This document shows, piece by piece, positions 25,501 to 32,455 of a stretch of DNA of 64,000 nucleotides. Positions within the stretch are counted from its first letter, which is position 1; the number at the start of each line of letters is the position of its first letter. The notes beneath the pieces were generated by a model. That model saw nothing but the letters and a program-made list of their open reading frames with translations. It was not told the origin of the DNA and did no database searches. The translations under genes and the position numbers were made by a program. This DNA is from a virus (taxonomy: Duplodnaviria > Caudoviricetes). The stretch is taken from the IMG/VR virus record IMGVR_UViG_3300022752_000016. The stretch is one strand, 5' to 3'.

Positions 25501-28500
25501 ATTTCTATAAGCACAGAACCATCAGGACAAGCTGTTGAAGTGGGTGAGGGTACAGGGTCAATGACAATGGCTAAGTTAGGTAGTACAATATTTTTACCTG
25601 AACCATTTTATTTTAATCAAAGTATTGTAAAATTTAACAACCGTGTTTATAGTTGTGTAGTTAGTAATAATGATCAAGAATTTATTTTAGGCAAATGGGA
25701 AGAAATAAGATCAGATAGTTATAGACTCAATGCGCTTGATAGAGTGACAGGGTATTATCAACCTACAAGTGATATGCCAGGTAATGATGTTACACAAATA
25801 TTCGAGGGTGTAACTTATCCAAATAGTACATATTTTGGTAATCCATTTGCTCCTGCACAACAGTATCCTATAGATACAATTTTGCAAGACGTTCCATTTT
25901 ATCCTACCCAAGTTAATATTACATCAATTCTATACAATGATGCAATCTATTTTGGATCAGCAAATGTTACAGATAGCTATTCAGGAGTAATTCTAAGTGA
26001 CAATGGTAATGACTGGGAAATTTATAAAATTTCTGATGTTGGTATTAACACAACTGATATTATATTTGGTGACAATGTTTATGTAATGACTTCAAGAAAT
26101 CAGGCTACTCCTATTTTTAGAAGTAATGATGGTATTTCTTGGACTACAAATGGATATTATGTACCATATGGTTCAGGTCCATATGATACTAATCCGTATG
26201 ATTTAACAGCAATTTATATAGCAGCACTTTCTTTAAATTCAGTAGCATTTGGAAACGGGGTTTTTGTAGCAGTAGGGCAAGAAATAGTAACTAGCAAAGA
26301 TACATATATATGGCAATCAACTTATAAATTTCCAACCGTCGGCTGGAATAATGCTACCTTAGTAAATGAATTATATGGGGTAACCTACGTTACTAATAAT
26401 AATTTTACAGGTTTTGTAGCAGTTGGTAAAGGTCAAACTTATGATTATTCTTCAGGATTTTCTGAAATAATTGATGTAGGAATAATTTTAACAAGTATTG
26501 ACGGCACGAACTGGAACCAAGTTGTAAATTTAAGTAATAAAGGATTATATGGTGTAAGTTCTGATGGTACTAAAATTGTAGCTGTTGGTGAAGATGGAAT
26601 CATATATTATAGTTTGAATGGAACTGTTTGGTTCGGAATCACACAAACACAAGTATTAAGCACTATTTCAATAGACAATGTTATAAATGTAGATAGTACT
26701 ATTGGATTGAATATTGATGATGCAATTAGATTTAACAACAGCTTTTCCAGTGTTATAGCTAATACAACCTATTATATTAGCTCGATTGTAAGTAATACTC
26801 AAGTTAAAATTAAGACCGGAATACTAGATCCTGTACTTACTTTAACTGTTGGTTCTATACCATCTAACACTTACTTAGAAAAGTATCCATTAACAAATAC
26901 ATTAAATGACATAATATTTGCAAATAACTTTTTCTTAGCGGTTGGAGACGGCGGAATTATAAGAAGCTCACTTGATGGTTTTACTTGGACTGATGAAACC
27001 TCAGGTACAACAGAAAATTTAAATGGTATCACATATAAAGTAGTTGCTTCGGGCTTATATTTAGAATTAGATGGTTTGCCTGCTAATTCTTATATGACTA
27101 CAGAAAATGACTTAACAATGACCACAGAAACAACAGGTGCCGGATTACCTAATCAAGTATTGTTTGTTGTAGTAGGTGATAATAACACAATCATAGAAAG
27201 TATTGATAATGGCATTACATGGAAATCAATTTCATTGTTTAGAGTGCCTGCAACATTATATGATGTACAAGGTGAATCATTTGATTCAGGATATAGTCCT
27301 GAAGAACTGGTTTCAGGTGTAGTTAAAGATAATTTAACTATGGTTATTACAACCAAACCAGGAAGCAATTGGCCTGCTTATGAATATGCCAATGTTGGAT
27401 ACAACGTAGTGAGTATAGAATTAACGCCTATTAATGCATTCCAATTTGTTTATTCTTTTAGAGATACAGTTCAATACCCAGCACAAATATCTTTGTTCAT
27501 TATTGATAGAGATACAGGGTTGTGCACAGGTTTGTTACCATCACAATATACTATAAATTGGATAAGTGAAACAGTTACATTAGCAACTCCACTACCATTC
27601 TTTCCTATTCCCAGCAAGTTACGTATTGATGTATATGAAGTTGGTAACGGCAATCAACTAATCAGATCAAGCACAAAAACTGATCCTATTTTATTAAATA
27701 GTGTAACAGGTTGGCAAGAAATATTTTTAAATTGTAATTATAGTGCTGATATCTTTAATGGTAGTGGTGTTCTAAGACCAGATGAAGTTGTTACCGATGT
27801 GATAGCAACACGTACTCAAAGCAGTAATGATTCAATTTTTGTAAGTGATGCTAGTAAATTTATTATTAATGGTGTAATTTATTTTCAAGGGACAACATTT
27901 GGTAATATTTTAGAAGATACACCATATTATGTTAAAAGTATCAGTTTGCTTACAAATAGTATAACAATTAGCGATAATTATAGTATTGCTACAGGAGTAG
28001 CAGGTGCTATCTTTAATTTATCAAATGCCACCGGGTCAATGGGAGTAATTATAGCAAGTGGTTCTAGCTCTGTATGGACAGATCCTATTATTCTACATAA
28101 TGGAGTTAAACTTGCTTTAGGAGTTGTTGGTAATATTTTTAGAACCAAATCATCAAATAATGCAATAACAACAAATAGTACAGCAGGCTTAATTGAAAAT
28201 AGTCCAATTAAATTTGCAAACTATAGTTTTGGAGTAATTGTACCCCAACAAACTTATTATATTAAAAATATATTGGATAGTAACGAATTTACGATTAGCT
28301 CAACAGTTATAAATGGGATAGCTGGTCCAGTACTTCCACTAACTGATGAATCGGGTACAGGTACATTTATCACAAGTGATTTTGCATTTACACAAGTACC
28401 TAATGGTGCAGGTACTAATTTAGTATTTTCACGTAATGATTATGATAAGACATATGATTACATTACATATACAGTTTTTGGTGAAAGCGAACCAATTCAG

Positions 28501-31500
28501 TATGGATATACTATTCCTGAATTTCAAGGTTTTACTGCAATTGCAGGACAAAGTATTTATAACCTAGACAATTTTGTAGGTGGTTTAAACCCTAATAATG
28601 CTGTAGTAGAAATTAACGGGGTAAGACAATTAAACAACATTTATATTATAAGTGGTAATAATCAAAACATTACATTTTTAAATCCACCAAATAACGGAGA
28701 TATTATAACAATTACTAGTTATAGTAATACAGATAGACAATATTTAAACACACAGTTTGGTATCACAGGCAGTCCATTGATAGAATTTAACGGTGTAACA
28801 GTTGCAGATACTTATAATGATACTTACATATTTGATGAAACACAAAACGCACAACAGCTTGTAAATCTGAAACAATATCAAATAGCATATGTTAATGACA
28901 ATGAATGGCCAGTCGCAGGTGACTCTACTGATTTTAGTTTACTTGGAGCCACAACAGTAAATGTAGGAAGTTTGGTAATAGGTACAACTTATGTAATTCA
29001 ATCGTTAGGACTTACAGGCATAACTGATTTTACATTATTAGGTGCACAAACAAATACATATGGATTAAGTTTTACTGCTACAGCAACAGGTTTAATTACA
29101 GTGGGTAATTTTACACCTTCTTTATCATATAAAATAGTAAGTCCAGGTACAACTAATTTTACATTGTTAGGTGCAGTAGATAATAATATAGGAACTGAAT
29201 TTATAGCTATTGGCACAGGTGTATATGCAGCAGGGCAAATTATAGGTGGAGAAACCTATACTATAGCTACGCAAGGATCCACTGACTTTACACTTATCGG
29301 TGCAGCCAATAATAACGTTGGTACAACCTTTATTGCGACAGGTTCAGGTACAGGTACAGGCACTGCAATACAAGGCAATGGCACTGCCACTCAAGGTACT
29401 GGTTTTACTTGGGAGAAACTTTTTGTTGCCAATGGAGTTCCTAGTGCAGAGACAGGTAGTGTAGTATTAAATGGTAACGGTTTTGATAGTCAATTGGTTG
29501 AAATGGGATATTTAGTATATAACCAAGTTTATACCATTATTGATATTGGAACAACAACTAATGCTCAATGGAATGCCATAGCAGGAACTAGTGATATTTC
29601 TTCTAGTAGCCTAATTGTAGGTACTTATTATGAAATATCTGTTTTGGGACTAACTAATTGGAATTTTATTAGTGATCCAGCCTCTAGGTCTTGGGGTATG
29701 GGGTCTCCTAGTGTGGGAGATACTTTTCAAGCCATTGGTAATTCAGGAGGAGGTGGATTCGTTACAATTTATTACCAAGTTGGATATGAATTTACATGTG
29801 TAAATGATGGATATAACTATGGAACTGGATTAGTTTACGGAGCAGGTCTATTTGATGGCGAAATAAATAATTTAGTGTGTGACGCTAATACTTCAACAAG
29901 CATTTTAACCATAAATGATCCTATTTTATTTAAAGAACCTGTAATAGGTGGAGTACTCCCTGAAATAACATATTTTGTCACACAAATTTTAAACAGTAAA
30001 ATATTCCAAATATCTGAAAGTGTGGGAGGTTCTACGTTCATTGTTAGTAATGATACAGGTGCTATGAATTCCATAATAAACACAATACAAGTTAATAATA
30101 TTACTGGAATTAATAATACGTTAACTCCTGTTTTAGGTACTAGTTATGCAAATGCAACTATTAATACAAGTGTTACTATGAATAGTTCTAGTATTTCAGG
30201 AACAGTTTTAACAGTAGGAACAGTGACAGGTACTATTCAACTTGGCATGGAGCTTACAGGTACAGGAGTTCAATCAGGTACTATAATTATATCAAATGTT
30301 AGCGGAAGTGGTTCAGGGTCAGTGTGGACAGTAAATAACAATCAAACTGTATTTTCTACAACCATAACAGGTACTCAGAATTGTATAGAATTAGACGATA
30401 CAATAGGATTTATTACAGGTCAAACAGTTGAATTTAAATCTCCTTATATTGATGTAGGAACACTTGAAGTAACAAAAGAGTACTATATTTTTTCATTAGG
30501 TACTACAACAAATAATCAATGGAATACTATTGCAGGCACAACAGGGGTAATTTATGAAGTTGGTATGACATTTACCTGTTCTGATCCTGGAATAGGATTC
30601 GGTACAGGAATAGTTTTACTTGCGAATTTTGGTGGACTAAATTGTTTAGGACAAGTTTATTTTGTTTATTATAAAACTCCAACAAAATTGGTTGTTGCTG
30701 ATGAAAATAATAATATAATACCATTATCAAATTCTACCTTTTCTCCATTAATAAAAGTTGTAACAGGAGGAGTACCATCTATAAGAATTACAACTTTATT
30801 ACCTCATAACTTTTTAACTAACCAATATGTAAGAATTGATGGGGTAGAGGGTGCAATTCAATTAAATAATAATACATACTTTGTACATGTTATAAGTGAA
30901 AAAGTATTTGATATATATTTTACACCATATAATTTTGCAGCCACAGCAGTTAATAATTACGTGGAGGCAGTCTCCACTTATATAGGAGGAGGTTTCGTTT
31001 GGTTAGATACTTTATTTACCATATCTGATACAGCAACTTATTCTACTTCAAATATAAACAAAAGAATTTACGTTAAATCCACCGATAATTTTATAATAGG
31101 AACTCCTGTATATTTTAGTCAACCAGGTAACTTAATAGGTGATTTGATTATAGGTAATTTAGAAATGGGAAGAGAATATTATATTAGAGAAATTTTTGAC
31201 ATTGAAGTGGGAGTTCCACCTAGTGCTTTAATTTTAGGAGCTACCTATAAAATTACGGAGTTGGGGAATGCAAATTGGAATTTCATTAACGGTACATCTG
31301 GTGTACAATATAAAATTGGATCAATAATTTCTGTTAAAAACACTGTTTCAACTGGGACAGGGTTAGCAGATAGTGTACCGTCTTTCACTGTAAATGTAGA
31401 AAGAAATGGATCATTATTTTCTGTATCCACAGACTATTTTACCACATTTGTAACTCAATGGGAACAAACAAATGTTGATAGATTATGGGTAACAATAAAT

Positions 31501-32274
31501 GGATTACGAGTACCTTCTAGTTCTTTAAGAATTAATGCTAATAATAATTTAAGTATTTTATATCCTATTAATGCAGGAGACGAAGTTACAATAGGAAGTA
31601 TGGTTCCAAATGCTACTCCTAACGAAGAAATTTACATTCTTAATGTAAATCAAACAAATGAACCTAGCGTATATAGAAACAATCGTTATAGAAAAACATA
31701 TGTAACTCAAACATTATACCCTATGATTGATGTTCTTTTTGTTGATGATGTTACAAGAGTATCGAAAGTTTATGTAGAAAATACAGTTGCTCCTACTCCT
31801 ACAAATAATATTTACACGATTGGCTTAATTGCTGAAAAAACAATTATTGCTAGTGTCACTGTTTATAATAATACAAAATCATTATTATTAGACCAAGATG
31901 TATATTCAGTTCAAATTGTAGATTCTAGTCCAATGTTAGAAATATTAGACGGAAGTTATATTGATGTAGGGGATAATTTGACAATTACTACTTTAGAGGG
32001 TAGAACAATATTAGTGAATGGAGAAATTATACAGTTTTCAGGTATTGATTTTGCAAACAATGCACTTCTTGGATTGTCCAGAGCATCATTTGGCACAGGA
32101 GAAAGAGTTATAATTCCTAAATATAGTGTAGTTTATGGTTTATTATCCCAGGACAAACTTTCTGATAATCAATATAATTTAACTTGGAACTCATATACAT
32201 TTAATACTGTGGAAGGAGATCCATTACAAATTAGTACAACTGATCCAGCTTTATTCCTTGAAAGTACTTCTTAA
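10504..32274 (+). CDS. Giant 7,256-aa modular virion protein (baseplate wedge gp7-like core plus FG-GAP and Asp-box propellers and many repeated beta modules)
   Basis: Uninterrupted 21.8-kb ORF directly after gp6-like. FG-GAP-like blades (NFGKSLA...LIGAPG, HFGNAVG...IGSP) at ~17.6-19.8 kb; Asp-box/BNR-like blades (SDNGNDW, SNDGISW, SIDGTNW, SLDGFTW, SIDNGITW) at ~25.9-27.2 kb; EVKPYH wedge-type motif at ~21.47 kb. Confidence 0.75.
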   Translation: MTRIRTLEFLPEIFQTPTNAQFLNATLDQLVNPPVTQPVQGYVGSKLGYGINPKDYYVIEPTKERTDYQLDPALIFTKNNNVTANDFITYPGIIDALELENSIVNNNSELFESQIYSFDSFTDYDKLINYNEYYWLPNGPPAVEVSSDTIFKTAEFIVEDESSYYNIKEGNKEFKNPTLTLLRQGKYRFIVNQDSNFWIQTQPGLSSISSLPPYYNIRDVFGVENNGADQGVVTFNVPEKTQQDNFLFPGLNNVDVVSSMPFSNINGKALSTFNNIDGVTSLNGMRVLFYNTGIEDEIGYVQSFYGETGYDTNSNSLVSPVVLYVSSTTITNLVLATGYDTTNLVIGQTVTFGSTSLGGIIPNNIYYISQIINSTEFRISDTLGGIHLTLFFDSGYMPVYANQGLFEEGYYSEVNSNFYRIEYVGDVNDPIIRLVNDGVIPINQKITAKYGIEYIERNFFKNLVGEINLIPYLTAPLDVLYYQDGQNPDKVGIINLIDSNSTNSINVNTDIIGQKNYTSKNGVVFTNGLKIFFDGDVTPANYLQGEYYVEGVGTSINLIPTVSTVCPEIFTQTQFLPYDVTPYDFGNYDTNLYVPIYPDYITINRNANNLNAWSRSNRWFHSQVINDTAIYNNDPSIVTLYGTYQNKAKRPIIEFFPNLKLFETGTLETSPVDFIDFRTTDAFLEVAGQETYYPDVAVYTNNTVTIAATTTNSTTITVLKQNVIGTFIIGQYVVDSLGVLPINTNIKNINQTNTSFILTVGWEDPEVINLTTNDSIITTKIQPDGYKLFSGAHIIFANDNNIEVRKKVYEVSFSSINSGPLLITLTPVPDLILDADYNIIVLKGNNYEGKSFYFDGVDWLLGQQKTNINQAPLFDVFDQNGISFSDNTIYPGTSFIGSTLFAYGIGSGTDDSILGFPLRYSSVENLGDISFDVSFNKDTFNYVELSSPQTKKINTGYVHNYFTRTEYTRQLGWQTSISPSIQYQIFEFNYNIGETKNEFICDVAPANDSTNKWPKVQVFINNVWQNPTTYTIATTFSTTTIILGKVPTFDTVIEIYIYSNQVSKKAYYTIPINLSNNPFNTDIETVQMGDLRLHYESIFVNTPNIEGKVFGSNNYRDLGNLIPYGNKIIQNSASLVLPSVFLRKQNQSLFNSLQFNCQQYLNYKQLIVNTVDKLDIGQTFTPSIVLDAAIEIITKEKNNTQSFFYSDMLPSKASYITNSYIFKNDLNVTIYPLSKIYNFDTANYNGVLVYLLREKNNLLLETLCIKDIDYTISKTAPSLIINVPLLDNDIIVIKEYNQTYGSFVPNTPTKLGLYPAYLPEVVYDTTYNTPTWFIKGHDGSYTKLYGEYNTDLEILIDFRDQALFEFEKRIYNNLKLEGFSIPILPNQVIPGYFRQTNLSFEEFNEIYSFNFLNWVGQNRLDYSTQFYNVNNKFSYNYRDQENKLDDKPFLQGNWRGLYQYFYDTSEPNLTPWQMLGIPNKPNWWEERYGPAPYTSDNFILWNDLAQGINYNNGNPVVIPEAIRPQLFEIIPVDGNGNLLNPFEVMLAGYDINTFQKSWIVGDTGPVEFSYKRSSTFPYDLIKIYALTQTANFFNLFVDVDNYRYSSEFNQYLVNNQNHLIPNQIQIYGNGIAKTSYLNWIVDYEKQFGLNGTNNILTLLNNLDVRLVYRMAGFSDKKFLQFFVEKGSPNDNNASLLIPDESYALLLYDNQPQSRIIYSSIIIQKIPFGYAVFGNSQDKAYFIILNPLNDGKYENITVEKLSVKVPLNYSNTESIIPYGTIFYTVQQLADFCNGYGAKLNRDGLVFDSVENGLEINFRQLIGEFLYWAQTGWEDGSIITLNPTAKELKINKTNEIVQPLTVHKNNFVLNQNFYPIPVNNLSIVREQTIFSVTALNNGDTISYGQFNLSNFENAIVFDNNTVFNDVIYDLITGLRQNRIYVRGVKSAEWKGTVNASGFILNQDNIEEWNKDLGYTKGVIVLYKNKYWTSIRKIEPSGIFNENDWKVTEYDEIQKGLLPNSSTRSYESTLYYDINKVNLEQDADLLSFSLIGYRPRDYLTLVDLSDITQINVYKNFIKQKGTQNSLLAFKGSNLPQGGIDYDTYENFAIKIGEFGAVTNNNFVEFKLKQNLLTGTPSIVSLTKGVATEGSQQEVPLTSLFNYNRPITDPNILLTIPSSSLSYVFPNAGYVNFNDVKMSSYFFTNLSTATNSAGSIVPITNFYVRNYVWLANFLENWQIYTWKSVGQIITIIPNINSTCIVRFLQPHNLSRLQPISIINFGQNIDGYYLVLQVNNDYEIIINLNLITAVPEVIGQGIGLTFVSQRVDTTKDIENLNLIDAEFIKNTIWVDSDSDGQWAVLQKSINYKYIDTFTIPNTHRLGTSVAYNDKAGYLIGDTENIIQANNIVVGETYQIQTLGNTNFTTCGASSNTLGTIFLATSIPTGNGTVIQGKVYRYKQNKVTQEYEVVQSLSGPKSFGKTIKYTGQMYYISDNNSTRPAVYIYNINPSIVNTNLILNQVILAPNSQIVNFGEDIAISQDQNWLYISDINNDPNNYRQNVYVYYRQNIQMSAGFFVIGETYVITEIGTTNFISLGAIENTVGIIFVATGSGTGTGKANKISYKLSTIIDGTNYGNNFGKSLATNYTGDRILIGAPGKVINNLDNAGQSFLYYRTYQNIEVLNKFTQEFNLGWNTDNLLKTAVSFDGVNNFVLLNNVNGISINDPIIFSGVGLTGSLVQQYKTYYIGSIFGNNITLKTSRSTNNFLSINTVSGPLSVIASVQTCPLLVMLNGNTLYDDSYGCILNKFYYTGSLNPGDIINIQDNQFTLLNTFTGINNERVGAHFGNAVGMNKLGSELMIGSPFEIDNNNLEGKVYRYTNGGAKYGILVGNTICNVKTQRQIFINGFLVQIPAGNADVVSYAITQAGIPNITAKSIDGRLVISTINNNMAVPNQKCIVFVTNPIILNELGLSLYNFTQLISAPHSEGSTQFGSNLKFNEFDSVVISAPIGSRYEATTFDFTDDLNFDNDTIFDNNATQFIDSYPNAGAVYMFDYIATYNESIDNVGKFIYAQSVNSIDQVYGSLPYYGYSLDFNDYNVIVGSPTFSTGGFTIYINNEKVKDWIPYRKSAPIVNTEKIQNVQIFDSETNNTLVNLDYFDPLQGTLLGVVRENIDYISNVDPAKYNSPESFQLGLLWGKNQVGQIWFNTNNVRYVNYHQNDNVYNGKYWGTVFPGSQPEMYTWIESTVPPDQYIGQGQIFDPTLYVVQVVINSTGSLTPVYYFWVRNTGFIGVNAGKTLSDTTLEEYILNPTASGVSYISTLLPNSIGLYNVENFINGNNSVFHIGYLSGNNFELAHNEYTLIRSDFADDFLPGVPNLGTNELPDSLYDRFLDSLSGVDENGSVVPNPFLPLAVQSGVQVRPRQSFFYNRFTALKNYLTYANVIIKQFPIVETKPFAFRDFLQLKNNSTSVFTEGDQFDVSLYWEYINWWALGYSDNTKAAFEVKYYSDLSTLTVEPNTIVNVGYNLDGNRETYIYEGNNKWTRIGLQNGTIQFKPTLWNYNIAKFGFGDNFYDTTRYDIYPSTETRLIVRALVERIYTNELLIFRNKSLILIFNYIQTETIESQNFLPWLMKTSLVDVSHKIRELYPYEVYRSDNQEFLEGYLNEVKPYHVVIKDYLLKYTGEEIFEGDLSDFDLPAKYNKTVEKFISPELVLDIPNNEYEFLPTNPIWQENSYSQWFKNRGLSLSGIDNYSLTTLAAFVNISSTVIFLDNVAGLPVTGYILIDREYIGYSYVDRALNFIGNLQRGLYGTEIVDHIPGETVIIDLPGVVVLDSGRGYISAPKITAYIDPLLYPQPITQAVLIPIMSLDKVIGVDIIDPGLGYLTQPEIIIEPSNVTIFSSENIDTEFSTITIYAPTLITGDLVQFIVEGNSSPIKGLKNKNWYYINVLEIDPNYIFGLYYSYSDAINDDNRVKILSTGNGTYSLNLGAQAYSITTAQPKREEITTLRYDRTTYRPQVTDWIAGTYYGAFFAGLYSNSEKISSSSTKLQSVLPSISNILASARGVVFEIDNVVNDQVITYSSFVRFASQTVAASNCIRLIPQDGNNDPLVTNPNSASGLTLGFYSTMPIKFSGDVGPIIVQNQVYYVKDIINNYDFSISTTPNGPTLLLSNYTVSEVCSCFVGEVTNTALITVNYPDILNVTKITSGINKITVPLNSTGTGGTTNMYINVPVEFVGSMFGGLVSNFIYYVTTIIDEENFTISKNTDPIRTTVTNTSNSNVITVETTSGFNINDPVIFNEMKVAIGNLSVGQTYKILQLNGTDFTTLGASENIIGLEFIATSNGIINAGLTTIGLIYYITSLGNTDWNSLANTTGLVYAVGDEILVHDPSLVTGSTGTCVQGSGVVTTKYFGNIYSGRLYFVREIINPTSFTISSEINGLEYVLTSQIGTALVTNQSDVVPLIDSVGNCTCNLSLPVSPGQVNGQIFNFYNTSKNFISPKLGPNENLIVKTIPASLGNGTMSGENKFPIVTTATGLGNFYVNMPIEVSVDQGEATFSGSINFGYLTVSALPAPIGNINLGGLITGNGIVVSDNVRIVGQTDGVPGGPGEYLLNQAISGPSGTYNIEPNLNTSTTYYVINYTGRLNPSTNIIEPKLTATCSATVATVNYIICDTTSQLYEGMPIVFSLFSLGGLLLDTEYYVKNIISSIEFTISNIKNGPIVELNTEFGTMICTGQDWIQLSTSINGDSLILSNSVDETIATQTPQGAQPDFDISYILGGYRAIITAQGSGYAINNTITIEGVDLEAVSPKNNLTLTVNGIDSLGQITDVICSGTVPGLELSYFCKVYSGNQFYVYNNPLLTVPVSGIDFPYVGITKTTAVSLKQTSTVISPSVPVVTVSSTSGFEQGDSVNFTGNIIKAQAEFTGSIAGSTLTVSSVTAGEILIGMELNGSDGNGNIVIPGTYIQSGSGITYTLSISQTLVAANFQASKHTISNNLTYYILEIDSVNNEISISTEPSGQAVEVGEGTGSMTMAKLGSTIFLPEPFYFNQSIVKFNNRVYSCVVSNNDQEFILGKWEEIRSDSYRLNALDRVTGYYQPTSDMPGNDVTQIFEGVTYPNSTYFGNPFAPAQQYPIDTILQDVPFYPTQVNITSILYNDAIYFGSANVTDSYSGVILSDNGNDWEIYKISDVGINTTDIIFGDNVYVMTSRNQATPIFRSNDGISWTTNGYYVPYGSGPYDTNPYDLTAIYIAALSLNSVAFGNGVFVAVGQEIVTSKDTYIWQSTYKFPTVGWNNATLVNELYGVTYVTNNNFTGFVAVGKGQTYDYSSGFSEIIDVGIILTSIDGTNWNQVVNLSNKGLYGVSSDGTKIVAVGEDGIIYYSLNGTVWFGITQTQVLSTISIDNVINVDSTIGLNIDDAIRFNNSFSSVIANTTYYISSIVSNTQVKIKTGILDPVLTLTVGSIPSNTYLEKYPLTNTLNDIIFANNFFLAVGDGGIIRSSLDGFTWTDETSGTTENLNGITYKVVASGLYLELDGLPANSYMTTENDLTMTTETTGAGLPNQVLFVVVGDNNTIIESIDNGITWKSISLFRVPATLYDVQGESFDSGYSPEELVSGVVKDNLTMVITTKPGSNWPAYEYANVGYNVVSIELTPINAFQFVYSFRDTVQYPAQISLFIIDRDTGLCTGLLPSQYTINWISETVTLATPLPFFPIPSKLRIDVYEVGNGNQLIRSSTKTDPILLNSVTGWQEIFLNCNYSADIFNGSGVLRPDEVVTDVIATRTQSSNDSIFVSDASKFIINGVIYFQGTTFGNILEDTPYYVKSISLLTNSITISDNYSIATGVAGAIFNLSNATGSMGVIIASGSSSVWTDPIILHNGVKLALGVVGNIFRTKSSNNAITTNSTAGLIENSPIKFANYSFGVIVPQQTYYIKNILDSNEFTISSTVINGIAGPVLPLTDESGTGTFITSDFAFTQVPNGAGTNLVFSRNDYDKTYDYITYTVFGESEPIQYGYTIPEFQGFTAIAGQSIYNLDNFVGGLNPNNAVVEINGVRQLNNIYIISGNNQNITFLNPPNNGDIITITSYSNTDRQYLNTQFGITGSPLIEFNGVTVADTYNDTYIFDETQNAQQLVNLKQYQIAYVNDNEWPVAGDSTDFSLLGATTVNVGSLVIGTTYVIQSLGLTGITDFTLLGAQTNTYGLSFTATATGLITVGNFTPSLSYKIVSPGTTNFTLLGAVDNNIGTEFIAIGTGVYAAGQIIGGETYTIATQGSTDFTLIGAANNNVGTTFIATGSGTGTGTAIQGNGTATQGTGFTWEKLFVANGVPSAETGSVVLNGNGFDSQLVEMGYLVYNQVYTIIDIGTTTNAQWNAIAGTSDISSSSLIVGTYYEISVLGLTNWNFISDPASRSWGMGSPSVGDTFQAIGNSGGGGFVTIYYQVGYEFTCVNDGYNYGTGLVYGAGLFDGEINNLVCDANTSTSILTINDPILFKEPVIGGVLPEITYFVTQILNSKIFQISESVGGSTFIVSNDTGAMNSIINTIQVNNITGINNTLTPVLGTSYANATINTSVTMNSSSISGTVLTVGTVTGTIQLGMELTGTGVQSGTIIISNVSGSGSGSVWTVNNNQTVFSTTITGTQNCIELDDTIGFITGQTVEFKSPYIDVGTLEVTKEYYIFSLGTTTNNQWNTIAGTTGVIYEVGMTFTCSDPGIGFGTGIVLLANFGGLNCLGQVYFVYYKTPTKLVVADENNNIIPLSNSTFSPLIKVVTGGVPSIRITTLLPHNFLTNQYVRIDGVEGAIQLNNNTYFVHVISEKVFDIYFTPYNFAATAVNNYVEAVSTYIGGGFVWLDTLFTISDTATYSTSNINKRIYVKSTDNFIIGTPVYFSQPGNLIGDLIIGNLEMGREYYIREIFDIEVGVPPSALILGATYKITELGNANWNFINGTSGVQYKIGSIISVKNTVSTGTGLADSVPSFTVNVERNGSLFSVSTDYFTTFVTQWEQTNVDRLWVTINGLRVPSSSLRINANNNLSILYPINAGDEVTIGSMVPNATPNEEIYILNVNQTNEPSVYRNNRYRKTYVTQTLYPMIDVLFVDDVTRVSKVYVENTVAPTPTNNIYTIGLIAEKTIIASVTVYNNTKSLLLDQDVYSVQIVDSSPMLEILDGSYIDVGDNLTITTLEGRTILVNGEIIQFSGIDFANNALLGLSRASFGTGERVIIPKYSVVYGLLSQDKLSDNQYNLTWNSYTFNTVEGDPLQISTTDPALFLESTS

Positions 32275-32305
32275 AGTAGGAAAATAATAAATGATAAATA
32301 AAAAT

Positions 32306-32455
32306 ATGAATAATTATAACCAAAACAAAAAGGTAAAATCTATTAAAAAAAATGTTAGACCAAATGAAGTAAGTGGATTTTACTTTTCCTCGACGTTAAA
32401 AATTTTTGATCCTAATACCAAAGAGGTTTTAGTTCAAAAAAGAGGTGATATTTAA
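32306..32455 (+). CDS. Small 49-aa protein not in the ORF track (MNNYNQ...PNEVSGFYFSSTLKIFDPNTKEVLVQKRGDI)
   Basis: Translated by hand. Follows GATAAATA; its TAA overlaps the next ATG (TAATG); LKIFDPNTKEVLV resembles VKIHDPNTKQIFV in the next gene. Confidence 0.7.
   Translation: MNNYNQNKKVKSIKKNVRPNEVSGFYFSSTLKIFDPNTKEVLVQKRGDI

Noticed and set aside
10504-32274. Stop-codon recoding, introns or inteins explaining the giant ORF
   Set aside because: It is open in the standard code, TAG ends genes elsewhere (e.g. 43243), and I saw no Hint or homing-endonuclease motifs. An HMM scan would be needed to exclude them fully.
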